Notes under the pieces: generated by a model | Told to the model about the DNA's origin: nothing | Databases searched by the model: none | Seen by the model: the letters and a program-made list of their open reading frames with translations, nothing else | Shown: positions 1 to 12,477 of the stretch, in pieces | Layout: each line of letters begins with the position of its first letter | Numbering within the stretch: position 1 is the stretch's first letter | Translations under genes and position numbers: made by a program | Assembly (NCBI GenBank): GCA_977016875.1 | Contig: CDRNST010000048.1 | Span: 496,001-560,000 of the forward strand | From: Pavona decussata | Lineage: Eukaryota | DNA: 64,000 nucleotides | Reading direction: 5' to 3'

Positions 1-2255
1 TAGTACTGAATAAGATATAAAACGAGACCCAACGATTTCCCTTGGAAATAACTATCAGCAAATTTTCAAATTAATTAATCCGCCAAAGAATAAGTCGCGT
101 ACTTACTGAATGTTTCCAAGATAACTACTGAATATTGTCTCAGTTCACTTCTTTTACTCTGCTATTTGAGGAAACAGACGTTGAGTTTTCTTGACACTTC
201 AGGCCCTTCATTGTCCAAATTCCTCCTTATGTAGTTTTTACTGATTCCTTGCTCGAATCATTCTTATTCAATCTGCGCCTGGATCTTTGGATTATTAACA
301 AATAGCGAAATTTGAAACCGTAAAGTTACTTATTCCTGTTGTAAGTTTAAATCACAAGTATGGATTTTATATCTAGGCGAAATTTCTTTTAAGTTATTAT
401 AATCAAAATTATCATGATTGCTTTATTAAAGTAAAGTTTCTGATTGAAACTTGCTTAAAGTTAATTGTGGTATAACCTGAAAATCACACTTTTGTCTGAT
501 CGCATGACGACTTGTTGCTTTTCGCGGATTATGTTTAACCGAGTGCTGTTAAATTCTAGAAACATACTGGAGTAATTTATTACACGTCTTGTTAGTTTGC
601 TTAGAGGACATTTTAGTTGCAATCAAGGTCCGCGAATGACGTGCATAAATAAGGCCCTCAAACTACAGAGCGTTTGATGTCTGATAAACAGCCGCCACTA
701 ATATAAAATATCCGCAAAAAGTTTGTCCTCTATCGATGAGAGCTGAAATGATAGTTTTAAGCCACTCGATACATTTTCCAGATCTATGGGTCACCGCACA
801 TCATGAAAACTAAAACACGCGCTGAGGTATTTGGTTTCATATACCCACGAATCAGCCGAAAGAAAAAAAATACTTCTTTGTTGTTTTAAAGCGGTAAACA
901 TTAAACTCAGCGCGAAGGTGCGAGAACAAGAAATCTGAAATAGTGGAAAAGAAAAAGAATTAGATTTTACGATAAAACGAGCAACGAAATCCTTCACAAA
1001 TAACATTCAAGAAAACTGCCGAGAACTTACAGTGTCGGCTTCGTCGGTCCTTCCTTGTCACTTTTGAAAAGATTTGAGTTGATGAAGCTCTATTTTGTTT
1101 TGATAATTAGGTTCTCGTTAGAGCAAGTTCTCCGAACGTTTGTTTTAAATTTTAATTTCAAAACAATAGTCGTCATCAAAGTTTGTTTAATCTTTGATTT
1201 GACCAACAGGAGGGCATCTTCAGTCTTGTTTTTGTTTCGCTGTGTTCCCTGAATTGGAAGTAATTCACAGATTCCTTTTTTTTTAGAAAAGAAAAAGGAA
1301 CCAAAGGTTCTAAAATCCTAGAATGAAATACCTGTTGATTGACATTAGGGTAATGTTAGAGATCCTTGTTTCCCTCTCTTCATAATCTGAACTTAGAGGT
1401 TCATTGGAATATTTAGCAAGGCGGTACAGCCGAGGGCTTCCTCCACCCCTCTCCTCCTGAGAAGGCCTCCTCACAGACTAACTATACCTCCTTCCTAACA
1501 ACAGTCGATCTTTCGCCCAAAAAAAAAAAAAATACAAATACGATTGACTGAGCTTGCAATAATCCCACTATCACTTTTACCTTACAGTTAGTACACATCA
1601 GTTGTATATTTTCTCTAAAAGTGGAACAGTTTAGCAGCTCCATTTCGTTTCTCTGTCTTTTCAATCACTGCTTTTGCAATTAGTTTGTTGTGGCTCGAGG
1701 AACTTTTTCTTGACTAGTAAACAGTCCAATGTTCCAGTAATGGGTATTTAGGTCATGTTGTGACTGTTGACTTCGGTTTGTTTGCATGCGTGGGTTTGAA
1801 TTTTTCAATAGGCGCTTAATAAACTCGCTTTCAATAAAACGATTGAACATATTGAGTCATTGCCATGAATAGAACTTTTGAGTCGTGTCAGCCGATGACG
1901 GAAGAGAAGAAATGTTTTTGGAACACTTTATCATAATTTTCAAACTAATTTAAGGTTAAAGCTATTGATAAAAAAGAACATAGATGAATTTTGGTTGACG
2001 CTTCATTGCAAACGACTGCGAATTTGCAACATCTTTTGTTTATTTGGTCGATCAGTTTAAGAATGGCTGCGTTTAAATGACAAATAATCCTGTGCTTGGT
2101 TCTGACCTGCTAAAATAGTTTACTTAAGGCTAATTTCGATACGTTAAAAGCGTTTTTGTATTAGTAATTTTGAAACGCTAATATGGCTAACTTTTATCTT
2201 ATTCATTTAGGTTTTGTCTTATTCAGATCGAATCTCTTTTAAATTAAACATACAG

Positions 2256-2312
2256 TGCCCAGTTGCTCGAAGCATGGTTAGCGCTAACCTGGGTTAAATA
2301 CCATAACAACCA

Positions 2313-2344
<32 letters not shown>

Positions 2345-2372
2345 CGCTAACCATGCTTCGAGCAACTCAGCC
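2256..2372. mobile_element. 117-bp MITE (PIF/Harbinger-like) with CAG target duplication
   Basis: 29-bp perfect inverted repeat agttgctcgaagcatggttagcgctaacc, with cag at 2253-2255 and 2373-2375. Absent from the homologous sites near 37625 and 51625. Confidence 0.85.
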
Positions 2373-2599
2373 CAGAAAAGTAGAAATGCTTCGTTTCGAG
2401 ATGATAAAATAAATTACAAAAAGTTTATTGCGACACTTTAAAAGAATGCTAAATTTTGAAACCGCAACACGGCTGTATATTGTAGAATGTTTCGTCTTTT
2501 TGAAATAGAAATTTTTATACATATAATCATGTAGCGATGTAAAAATGCTTCATTGTAATCAAAGCTAATTGTAATCACTGTAATGCAGTGTTTATATAT

Positions 2600-5500
2600 A
2601 TTTTGAAATGCTAGCATGGCTAACAGTTTTATATCGAACATAGATTCGTGTTATCGAGATTTTTTTTTTAGTTAACATGTAGTGATTTAAAAATTGGTGC
2701 GTTGTGAAATTTATAACCTAGACGGGTCATTTTAACCCAAAATTCCACTTGTGATATTAATTAAAACTCCTTTATACAGTGACTGCAGCCGCTATGCAAT
2801 TTTCAAAACAGGTCTAAGGTAACCACATTTCTCAGTCCTGTTTCAAAGAAATTACACTCAATCACAAAGAGACTAAAGAAAGTGGGCTTCTTTTGTTTTG
2901 TTACATGCCAATGAGAACGTGCGTATCAACTGAATGATTCCAATGTGTCATAAAACATGGCGAGATCTACTAACAGATCTTATTTTAATGCAAGTAAAAA
3001 AGTCCGCAAATAATTTAGCTTCGACTTAGCCCTATATCGCAATGAATTTTTGGAGAATCTGTTAAATGTATCTTAGTGAATACATGTTTAAAATAATTTC
3101 TTTTGTAGTAGTTCTGAGCCGCTGCATGGCTCGGCGGAGAGAAAGCATAAATCTAAAAGGAAATAAATTATTGAAGTTGTTAGACGCGATATAATAACAG
3201 GAAAAGTATCCAAAATCTAAACCACGGCACGGCGGATATTTCGATTTGAATTGTGGTGGGGAACTTGGCCTGTAATTTCCCAAACCTAAGAAATTGCGGT
3301 TTTCTATTTTAACCGGATCAAAATAACGATTTTTGGTGGGCCAACAATACTAAGAAAAGAAAGACAAACGCCATGTAGGATTGATTTTCGAAATTGAATA
3401 TTCAGCACGTCAAGCATCTGAACATTAATCAAACTCTGTTCGTTTCCCCAAATATTTCTGAAAGCCCTCAAATCTGATATGGAAAAACAGAGAAAACATG
3501 TCAAGTCTCCTCCTCAAGTCTCCTTTGGTACCTGCAGTGAGGAAAATAAAATGCAAACTTATGCTGTCGTATTCTTCTAGCAATTGTCTACTTGGTGAGT
3601 TTATGAAGCTGAAGTAATGCACAGTTTTCTTTTGTTGTTTTCCTTCCATATAATGAGGCTCTCGTTAGATCAAGTTTTTTGAGAGAACAAATATTTAAAA
3701 AGTCTCCCTGATCAGTGTCATTCTAACGAGAAATATTATTCGCTAAAACCCTGGCTAGAACGATTTGTATACGGTCGCTAAAATGTCCAAAGGAATGACA
3801 TTTATTATTGGTTTGTCTAATATTTGATAGAATTCTGAGAAAACCAAAGCGAGTAGCTAAAGAAATGTCAAACCTTCAGCAAATCCAAAACAATTGGCGC
3901 CAAACCATGTCAGTTGAACCTGTATTGTGTTCCTTAAATTATTTCAATACAATAAGCAAATTAAATTCCACTTGAAATGTTTTACCTGTCACAGTAGCAG
4001 TCACAATAGAAGCAGTGTGGCCTTTGTTCTATTGTGAGAGGGGAAAGCTTTGCTGTATTCTATTAATTTTTTTCTGATGTTTTGTTGTCAATCTAGTTTT
4101 AATTAAAATGTTGTATAATAGTGAGCTTGGCTAACTTTTGTTTCGTACATTGTTTCCTCTCATTGAGATAGCATTTCTCAGTTTTAAATCAAACATGTAG
4201 CGATGTAAAAGTGCTTGGTTTTGAGTAAAAAAATAATTAACAAAAAGCTAATTGTGACGCTTCAAAACGTGTTTACTAAATCTGGAAATGCTAGCATGGC
4301 GAACAGTTTTATATCGTTCATAAAGATTTGGTTTTAAAATTGAGATCGCATTTCTTTTTAAATTAAACATGTAGCAATGTGGAAATTGGCGCCTTGTCAA
4401 ATATTACCTAAAACCAAAAATGACCTGAAAGATAACGTGAATCTACTAAAACAGTTTTTATGTTATGCCGATTAAAATAGTCCACATATAATTAGGCTTT
4501 AATTTAACTTTATACCGCAATTAATTTTAACACCGCAGATTCTCTTAAACACATTTTAGTGAATACATGTTTAGCATAATTTACCTTTGCAGTACTTTAA
4601 AGGCTGCATGGCTTGGCAGGGAGAAAGTATAAATCTAAAAAGAAAGAAATGAAAGAAATTGTTAGACATGGTATACTAACGGGCAAAAAATGCAAAATCT
4701 GAACCAGGGCACCCTGAAATGAATGATTTCGATGTAATCTCGCTTCATATATTTCGATTCGAATTGCGGTGAGAAACATGGCCTTGAATTTTCCAACTGA
4801 TGGGGAAATTGCGGCTTTCTATTTTAGCCGGATGAAAATGACGTTTTTGGTTCGCCAACAAAAAGAAAGAAAGACAAACGCCATGTAAGATTGATTTTCG
4901 AAATTAAAAATTCAGCCCGTCAAGCATCCCAGCAAAACAAACTCCGTTCATTTACCCAAATACTCCTGAAAGCCTCCAAATCTGATATTGAAAGACAGAG
5001 AAAATACATCAAGTCTTCTGCTTAAATCATCTCCTTGGAATACATACCAAACTACGCTGTCATATTCTCCAAGCAATCGTTCGAAGCTCAAGTAAAGCAT
5101 CTGTAAGTTTTCTGTTTTGTTTTCTTTGCATATAATGAGGCTCTCGTAAGATCAAGTTTTTGAGAGAACAAATATCTAAAACTTCTTGCTGATCAGAATC
5201 ATTCTAACGAGAAATGTTATTGGCTAGGACGATATGCACAAAGTCGTCAAAATGCCCAATAGAATGACTTCTTCTATTTTTGTTTTGTTGTCTAATATTA
5301 GATACAATTTTGAGGAAACCAAAGCGAGTAGCTTAAGAAGTTTCAAGGCTTCAGCAAATGAAAAATATTTGGGTTTGGAACAATCAATTACAAGTACGGT
5401 GGATTATTTCGACGATAAATTATGTCATTTGAACCTCTACTGTATTCCTCAAGTACAATAAGTAAAAACAAATTAAATTCCACTAGAAATGTTGTACCTG

Positions 5501-5600
5501 TCAGTAGCAGTCACGACAGAAGCTCTGTAGTCTCTGTTCCTATTGTGAGGAGATGAAACCTTCGCTGTACTTTATTAAATTTTCTGGGTTTTTTTGGTTT
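2600..5600. repeat. Old internal direct duplication (~1.5 kb period) inside the long spacer, with degenerate ~150-bp subrepeats
   Basis: 3075 tagtgaatacatgtttaaaataattt matches 4557 tagtgaatacatgtttagcataattt, and 3650 cataatgaggctctcgt matches ~5130. The motif gaaatgctagcatggc...aaacatgtagcgatgt recurs near 2172, 2458, 2605, 4125 and 4285. The same structure appears at 37.9-40.8 kb and 52.3-55.0 kb. Boundaries are approximate. Confidence 0.75.
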
Positions 5601-7325
5601 TTGTTTTTTGGCACCCTTAACTCCCAAGTCACCAACAATGTAAGTAATTTCGTATTATCAGTCTGGTAAATTTTTCCCCTCGTGGATGCGGAATAATGAG
5701 TTTGACACGTCAGCGAATGTTCACGGTACGAGTCGTTTGTTTGCTTCAGTGATTTTAATTTGCCTAAGGCAAAGTGATGTGAAATTTGAATATAGTCGCA
5801 AAATAGTGTGAGGGGTATATTGAAAGCAACATTCACCGTTTTCACAAATGGCGGACATTCGGAACAAACCTAGAACTAGGCATCACATTTGGGCGTTTTA
5901 AGATAAACAAAAAATAATTTTCTTGCCTTCGAGTGCAGCTCCGCAGAGAGATTAATCTGCGGATAAGTAAAGAATTCTTTAGCGTCAAATTTTTTAGATC
6001 GATGATTTTATTCTGAACGTTCTATTGTTAGTTCTATTGTTGGTTTGTTTGTTTCTCGCTGCAATTACAATGTAAAGACGGCAGTGATGGGAATATGTAA
6101 TATGTTTAGTTTCCTAAGGCTTCAGATCTTGGCTACAGAGAATTCAAAATAGTCATTGCGCTAGAAGGTTTGAAATCTTAGCAAACAAAAAATTAAACTG
6201 ATCTGATTTGTTTTAAAGGAACAAACCAATAATCGGTAGAACTTAAACTCGTTTGGGATTAGACTCTCTGTACTTATCGGCCGATTGATCTCTGTGTTAA
6301 CTTTGCACTCGCAGGAAAAGACATATTTGTTTACCCTATAAACGTCTCGTTTTAGTGCCTAGTCCCAGTTTTTTTCGCTCGCGTCGGCCGTTTGTGAATA
6401 CGGTGTATACCCCTTACACAAAAAATGCTAACTTCCATTTCCACGTCAGTTTTTTCTTATAACAACTGAGTTCTGCCTTCTTGAAATATGGCGGAAAAAA
6501 TCTGGACAGTGCAAAACTGACTAGCTGGGGAAAGGTAAGGTAGAATGCAAGCATAGAACAGTGGTGAAAGGCAAAACAACAACAACAACAACCGCTCATG
6601 GTGGTCAGCGGCGTCAACCACTGGGTTTCAAAATAGCGGCGGCGCTTTTCAGTCAAAAGTATTTCTTGATCTAAAAAATATGTCTAGAATAATGCAGGAG
6701 ACAGAAATTATGGTTTTAAAAGTTTTCTCTGTGAAGAAATTGTTGAAAATCAAGTTACTCCATTGCACTGAAAAATTTACACCAAATTTAAATCGCTGGG
6801 CAACTCCTCAGAGATATGCTTGTTATTAGGTTCACGAGAATGAATTCTCTGCACACGAGCTAACTGTAAATACAAGTAAATATAGTTTGGTGAAGCTGAG
6901 AAGGAGAGGGTGGGGGGTTTCTCATTGTCATTTTACAGCAAGGGTTTAATTTTCTTTCCAGAATGGAGGATGTAGGCTCGATTCAAATAATGGATGGGCT
7001 TTTTACTTTGGTATATTGATATTCCTTCCCAAATGTTTTTTTTTTTTTTTTTTTGCTTTCGAAGAACTTCTACTTCCTTTTCGTGGTATCCAGTGACACT
7101 AATATAAAATCTCGCAAAAAATCGGTTATAGCTTGCATTATACCATTAGGTAATTACCACAATTGCAGATTAAAGATTTCACGTTATTGTAAGTGAAAAG
7201 TAGTTTCATGGCATTATAAAGCTCTTTATTAAATTACTAACTATTAATAAGTAATATAACTGAACATTTCTAGTGGATGTACTCTCATTCCATGTAATTT
7301 ATTTTTCATAGTTTATGTTTGCTAG

Positions 7326-7432
7326 CCCTATCTAGACCGGGATTTTTTTTTTTTTTTGCCTTGTCCGAGTGGGCGGGGGGTGGGGGGGGGGGGGGAAGGG
7401 ACTGATGCCCCCGTAATGAATCAAATGGCGAG
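7326..7432. mobile_element. Left-end remnant of the piggyBac-like element at the homologous spacer site
   Basis: ccctatctagaccggg, a G tract and caaatggcg, followed by a deletion. Confidence 0.6.
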
Positions 7433-9849
7433 CAAAAATATTTGTTGCACATCTGTTTTCTCCAAATTTGTTGAATTGATCAACAGCTGTTTGTACCGTG
7501 TTCCATTCGTTTCTACGGTTGCGGGACATATTTTCATCACAGAGACGCTAGTTATTACTGTAATCTTGCCTGAAACAAATTTTCCCTTTGGGTGCTCTTG
7601 CGCAAAGGGACTGATGGCTGACCATCATCCAAGAAAACCCTGTTCAAAGGTTATTTGCTAAACTATTTAGTGTCGCAATTCTTTTTCTTTTTTCTTTTTT
7701 TTTTTTTTTTTTTTGTTGTTGTTGTTGTTTTTTCTTGGCCTTCCCATTCATTCACTCTATTACAGAGGTATTCACACGCTAGGATGAGGTGCTAGGGCGG
7801 TTTATTATTTTTTTTCTCTATATGTAGCTTGTTCTTCTTTCTTCAGGTCAAGGAAATAAAATTCTTTCATGGTCAAAACACAGCCGGCCGGGAAAATTAA
7901 AGCTCTTTGCTCAGTTTCAGCTATGATAACAATGTGAAAGGGCACGTGTACATTTTTTAACAGCCAGAAAACAGCAACGATAAAATTTTAGGCTGGACCA
8001 GATTTGTGATTTGGATTTTTTCTTGTGCGCGAAAGCTAGAATTAACTATCTTTGCCTGCAGATGGCCAGGACGGAAATGAACAGAAACTTGAAGAAACTT
8101 GAAGTCCTCCATGTCTGTTAGAAAAACTTTGGAAAAATTAAAATTTGGTGTGTTCCTATTTCGATAAATCATTGGATACCTCAGTGTTCTTCAGTCGCTC
8201 TCAGTAAAATCAATTTCATGTTTAAGGGTGATACTTTGTCAAATACCTTTTCCGTCTTAGCAATAACAAGGCAAAACACTCGAGACAATGCTTCTTTAAC
8301 GAATATCTTCAAAAAGCGCAAAGATGTTGCCAAACTTTGGATCCACCAAAGAACACAAAAATGCTCCAGAATTTATGATCCCCCACAGAACATTCAAGAA
8401 AGTGATGTGACAATTTTGTCCTTATCGGATAGTTGTTGTCTGAAATCGTGGTGTGATCAAAAACTCCTCATTCCTCCCTCACTGAGGATCAATTTGACTT
8501 TGGTTCATACAAACTCTTATATTTTCTGAAGAAGTTGATATTTCATTTTTATTTATATTTTCTGCCGAGAAATATCCGAAAGTAGGGCGGGGCGATACTG
8601 AATTGTGGCGACCTCTCCGCTGTTGCTGGAAAATCTTATTAAAACGGAATAATATTACAATTTTGTTGTTTTTTTGTTTTAATCGTCAAAATCTGGGTCT
8701 GTCAGAAGACGGAAAAGGGATAAAAAAGAGGCATGCTTATGCTTAAGATTAAATAATTTGGCTAAGTTTGCCATAATCACCAGGCAAGGGTCTTCAGTGT
8801 TTTGTAAGTAAGCTAACCTATACAGTTTTCTGGCTAAAAAAAAAGGAAAAAGAAAAGACATGGAGAAACGCATGGTTTGAGAGGCAAATTTTTTGGTAAA
8901 TTGGAATCCCAGTGGAACTGTATCGGTAAATGTCTTTCATATTGACTTAGACGTCGTTCTGTCACATAAACTATTTTGTCCTTTTAGGCCGCTGAATATG
9001 ACCCCAGCTATAGCCGAGCGTGACGAGCAGCGGTACATACCAATTCTTCGTCCTACCGGATATAAGGCGCATGAACCTTCGCTTGCTTGAAAGTCCTTGA
9101 TTTCTGGAGATGGGCTTTGCATCGTTATTTTTAATGCTGGGTGGCTCAAAGATATGGGTTTTGTGTATGACGGGGTAAGAGGTTACAATCTGGTCTTTAA
9201 ACCGGAATCCAATTGATCAAGTAGTTGAAAATCTTGTTAAACATTTCTGTTTATTTACTTGTCCTGGTCATAAAAAACTATAAGGTCTAAAAGAGGTTTA
9301 GGCTTTGAGTCTAATTATCATTATATTGTGATTAAACGCCACAACAGCTTTAAAAATGGCGAGGAGATTTTTCTTTTGTGGATTAATTGTGTAAAAGATT
9401 AAGAAATCCACGTTATGGGCTTTGCTTAACTGCGTTAATTGTGTGGGTGTTAAAATTGACCAGGTAATTAACCGTCGCAGAATTATGAAATGACAAGAAA
9501 AAATTGGTAAGAACTGGTAAATTCCAACTCTGTAGGAAAAAAATTTGTACCGTAAGAAATTCACACAACACAGTGTATTATTTACTGCTACCTGGCTTTT
9601 TTTGCTTATTTCGCGTGATACAATGCAGCCGGAAAAAATTGCCCAATTACTCCCTGCACCTTTTAAGCTTGAAAAATTAAATTTCTGTTTTGATTATTAT
9701 GATTTAATTCCACTTGGTTACTATTTTCTAAAATTCAGATTCTAAGCCTTTTTCAATTAAGCGATCCTTTAGTCCGCAGTTTGAATGTACGAAGAACCTT
9801 AAAGATAAAACCGAAAAAAAAAAGAAAGAAATCAAACTATGCTCGTTGT

Positions 9850-11772
9850 TTAAGCCTGTGGGGGAGGTACTTCTTCCACGTAGATCCGGGACACTGAGTT
9901 CCAGCCTGTTTCTGCATCAGCTGACTTCACACCAGCACAATTACCGACCCAGAATCCCACACGCACAGTGCCCTTGTGGACTTTCTCACAGACTCCTTCG
10001 ATTTGCCTCACTCGCTGTAAATCCTTTTTGTTGCTATCCCCATGTACCATGTACACTACACCATCAATGGCTGCTGGAGCTGAACACTCTGCGCCATTGA
10101 AGGTGAAATACCATCGCCTGCAGCACACATGGCAGTTACGGACGCGAAGAGCTCCACTCCAGAAGACACGCAGACCTGTTTTGTGTGACATCTTCTTAAA
10201 AATACATTCCTAAAAGAGGAGAAAAATGAAATCAACAACAGGACTAAAATGGAAAACATCAGCTTTCATATAAATATATGGCTTGCGAGATGACTCGATA
10301 TTGAAATTGAGATCTAAATAACCCTACTCATTGATATTTTTGAGATTTCTTCATCATTACATTATAATTATCATCATTGGTCATGATTAGTTATAGGGTA
10401 CAAACTCTCTTCTTAGGAAATAACTAGTGGGGATCTGTATATATCTTGTTGCTAAGAGTTTTAATCATTAAAATACCAATAAAATACCTTAAGTTTGGTC
10501 TTAAAAATGTCATAACGGATGTTAGTATCGTTAGTATTTATATAAAATGTGAATTTTTATTTAATATGAAGTTGAAAACTAGATATTTACCTTGATTAAT
10601 CCGGAGTCCTTTCTATCATTCAGATTCTTAAAAACGCACTGTTTCCAGTTACGCACAACAGACCCTAGAGCTCCTTTGGGGCCTGGGGGACCTTGAATTC
10701 CACGAGCACCTGTATCACCCTTGTTTCCACGTGAACCTGGTGGGCCAGAGGATCCTTGTGGTTCCTTGGGGCCAGGAGGATCTTGGTTACCACGAGCCCC
10801 TGATTTTCCTTTGTTTCCAGATGGACCCGGTGGTCCAGGGAGTCCTTGAGCACCTTTAAGGCCTGAAGTACCTCGTCTTCCACTAGGGCCTTCATCGCCC
10901 TTGTTTCCTCGAGGGCCCATAGGTCCTTCAGGTCCGTGATTGCCGGGTGATCCTGCGGCACCTGCTGGTCCCGCGGGTCCAGGGCTTCCTGGGATACCTG
11001 GAATTCCTGGTGCGCAGAAACATGTACTGTGAACACAAAACCCATATGATGACGATTGTTGAGGGGTGACCTGGATGAAGAAATTAGGAATATATATATT
11101 TTTAATTTGATTTACTATATATCAAGTAAGTGGATAAAATGTTGTTCGAGCGCGCTCATTGGGTACTGAAATTCTGGATAGTATTGCTATTCACCTTCCG
11201 GTGTTTTCCTGTCCTGGCTACCCAGTGTCAGTGAAACCTCCACCTCATTAAAGAATTGCTAATAAGCCTTTACGAGATCAAGTCACTTTTCTAAAAGACT
11301 TTTTTTATAACTGACCAGGTAATAAACTTAAATTTTTCCTCAAGGAACACTAGTTGCTAAACAATAACTGCCCTATTGGATTAGCTGGTGGGGTTTAAGA
11401 GAGGGGGCATTCAAAATAACTTTGTTTCGGGGGAGAAGGTGGGTGAGAAGTTCTATGAAAAGCAAAGTGGCCTTATGGTCGGGTGTTCCCTGTAACAATT
11501 TCCAGTATCTCATTATAAGTGTTTAATGGAATTTGAAGTGACGTGTAATGAGTTGCTGTCTTCTTTTTGAATCCTTTTTTGTTTAGTGGACAGCAGGAAG
11601 GGAGAGGATTGTTGTAAGTTTGTGCCTAGAGTCTAGTCACCAAACTCACCTTGTTGTCGCGTGGTTTGCTGCTGCTGCTGTTGCCATTTGCAGAACACAA
11701 GGTGATCAGCAGTAAGAACAGTACACACAGCATGGTGGTCAGCTGTATATTCAGGCAGCGGTTCGTCATCAT
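9850..11772 (-). CDS. CTHRC1: CTHRC1-like secreted short collagen, copy A, open frame, 320 aa. Coding exons 11772-11650, 11070-10591, 10209-9850.
   Basis: Exon 1 encodes [41 protein letters not shown] (hydrophobic signal peptide) and ends AAG|gtgagt. Exon 2 (cag|GTC...AAG|gtaaat) encodes CVHSTCFC, 39 Gly-X-Y positions and [21 protein letters not shown]. Exon 3 (tag|GAA) encodes ECIFKK...[10 protein letters not shown]...[21 protein letters not shown]...EGVCE...[13 protein letters not shown], the CTHRC1 C-terminal signature. All introns are phase 0 and all exon lengths are multiples of 3. Confidence 0.93.
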
Positions 11773-12366
11773 TCAACCTGTGAACAGAAACTCTCGAGCT
11801 AAGATTCACCACAACTTCGCAATTATCAAAGTACAAGGACTACTGCAGAAAATAGATGACGCGTTGATATTGAGCTTCCTTGTTGCAATAATTAAAGTAA
11901 TGAACACACACAAAAACCAGCTATATAACCGTTAGTTGACATTTTGTTACAGCACAGAATATTTCTTAGAAAGTCATTTATAAGTTATGCATGTTCTATG
12001 AGACAATACCTATTTATCATTAATTGCGGTTGAGTTTCGTCTTAAAGACACAGAATTATTGAAGCGCCATAAATCCTGTATATTGCTAATTTAATTTCTT
12101 TCTAATCTTTTACTTAAACCTTCTGTTTTCATAAGTAAAGAGTCATCACAGTGTGTTCTTCAATACAGCTCATTTAACATTTCATGAAAAATGAATAATT
12201 TAAGTCCTGCCTAAAATTCAAATTGTTTTTGAGAAGATAAATGAATTCTAAAAAATCTTCAGAAAAAATTTCAAATTAAAAATTGAACAAGAACTCAGTT
12301 CAAACCTCTCAAGGAAATAAAATGCAATTTATAGGAAGGAAATCTCTAGTTCTATTTATTACCTAC

Positions 12367-12438
12367 CAGTCTTGCTTGTGCGACTTCAACCATCGAAGGA
12401 AAACTGATTCACCTTTCACTATTACAGAAGCTTTTATC
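12367..12438 (-). promoter_or_regulatory. Predicted core promoter and short leader exon of copy A: GATAAAA TATA-like box 12438-12432, TCAGTTT initiator (+1 about 12405), donor CTG|gtaggt at 12367
   Basis: Motif order and spacing (about -33) are conserved in all five copies (21385-21457, 25710-25781, 34732-34804, 48761-48833). A matching acceptor cacag| lies 5 nt before the first ATG (11777). Confidence 0.6.
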
Positions 12439-12477
12439 CTTTATGTTTGTTGACTTGTAAGTAAAAAACTTGTTTCA

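Larger units (their letters stand above)
1..8313. repeat. Long upstream spacer of the older repeat unit, copy 1
   Basis: Colinear, diverged homology to 35251-43823 and 49281-58197. Weaker, partly deleted homology to 13049-16320. Confidence 0.9.

Noticed and set aside
4795-4815. ggggaaattgc and similar NF-kB-like words in the spacers
   Set aside because: Imperfect matches several kb from any promoter and expected by chance.
7370-7400. G tracts (also near 42660 and 56785) and the C tract at 14378-14408 as functional G-quadruplexes
   Set aside because: The G tracts lie inside a transposon remnant, vary freely in length between copies and are not near a predicted TSS.
8218-8529. 103-106 aa ORF open in three places (8218, 21560, 43728)
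   Set aside because: It straddles the ancient duplication junction at 8313, has no recognisable domain and is not continued at 58.1 kb. Its recurrence reflects the duplications.
9846-10213. Plus-strand ORFs over exon 3 and exon 1 (e.g. 9968-10213, 11651-11935, 20704-20925)
   Set aside because: Antisense shadows of real exons with no independent gene signals.
10665-11045. 126-146 aa ORFs overlapping the collagen exons (also 19706-20146, 24008-24388, 33053-33493, 47395-47649)
   Set aside because: Alternative-frame shadows of Gly-X-Y codons; the splice phases select the collagen frame.
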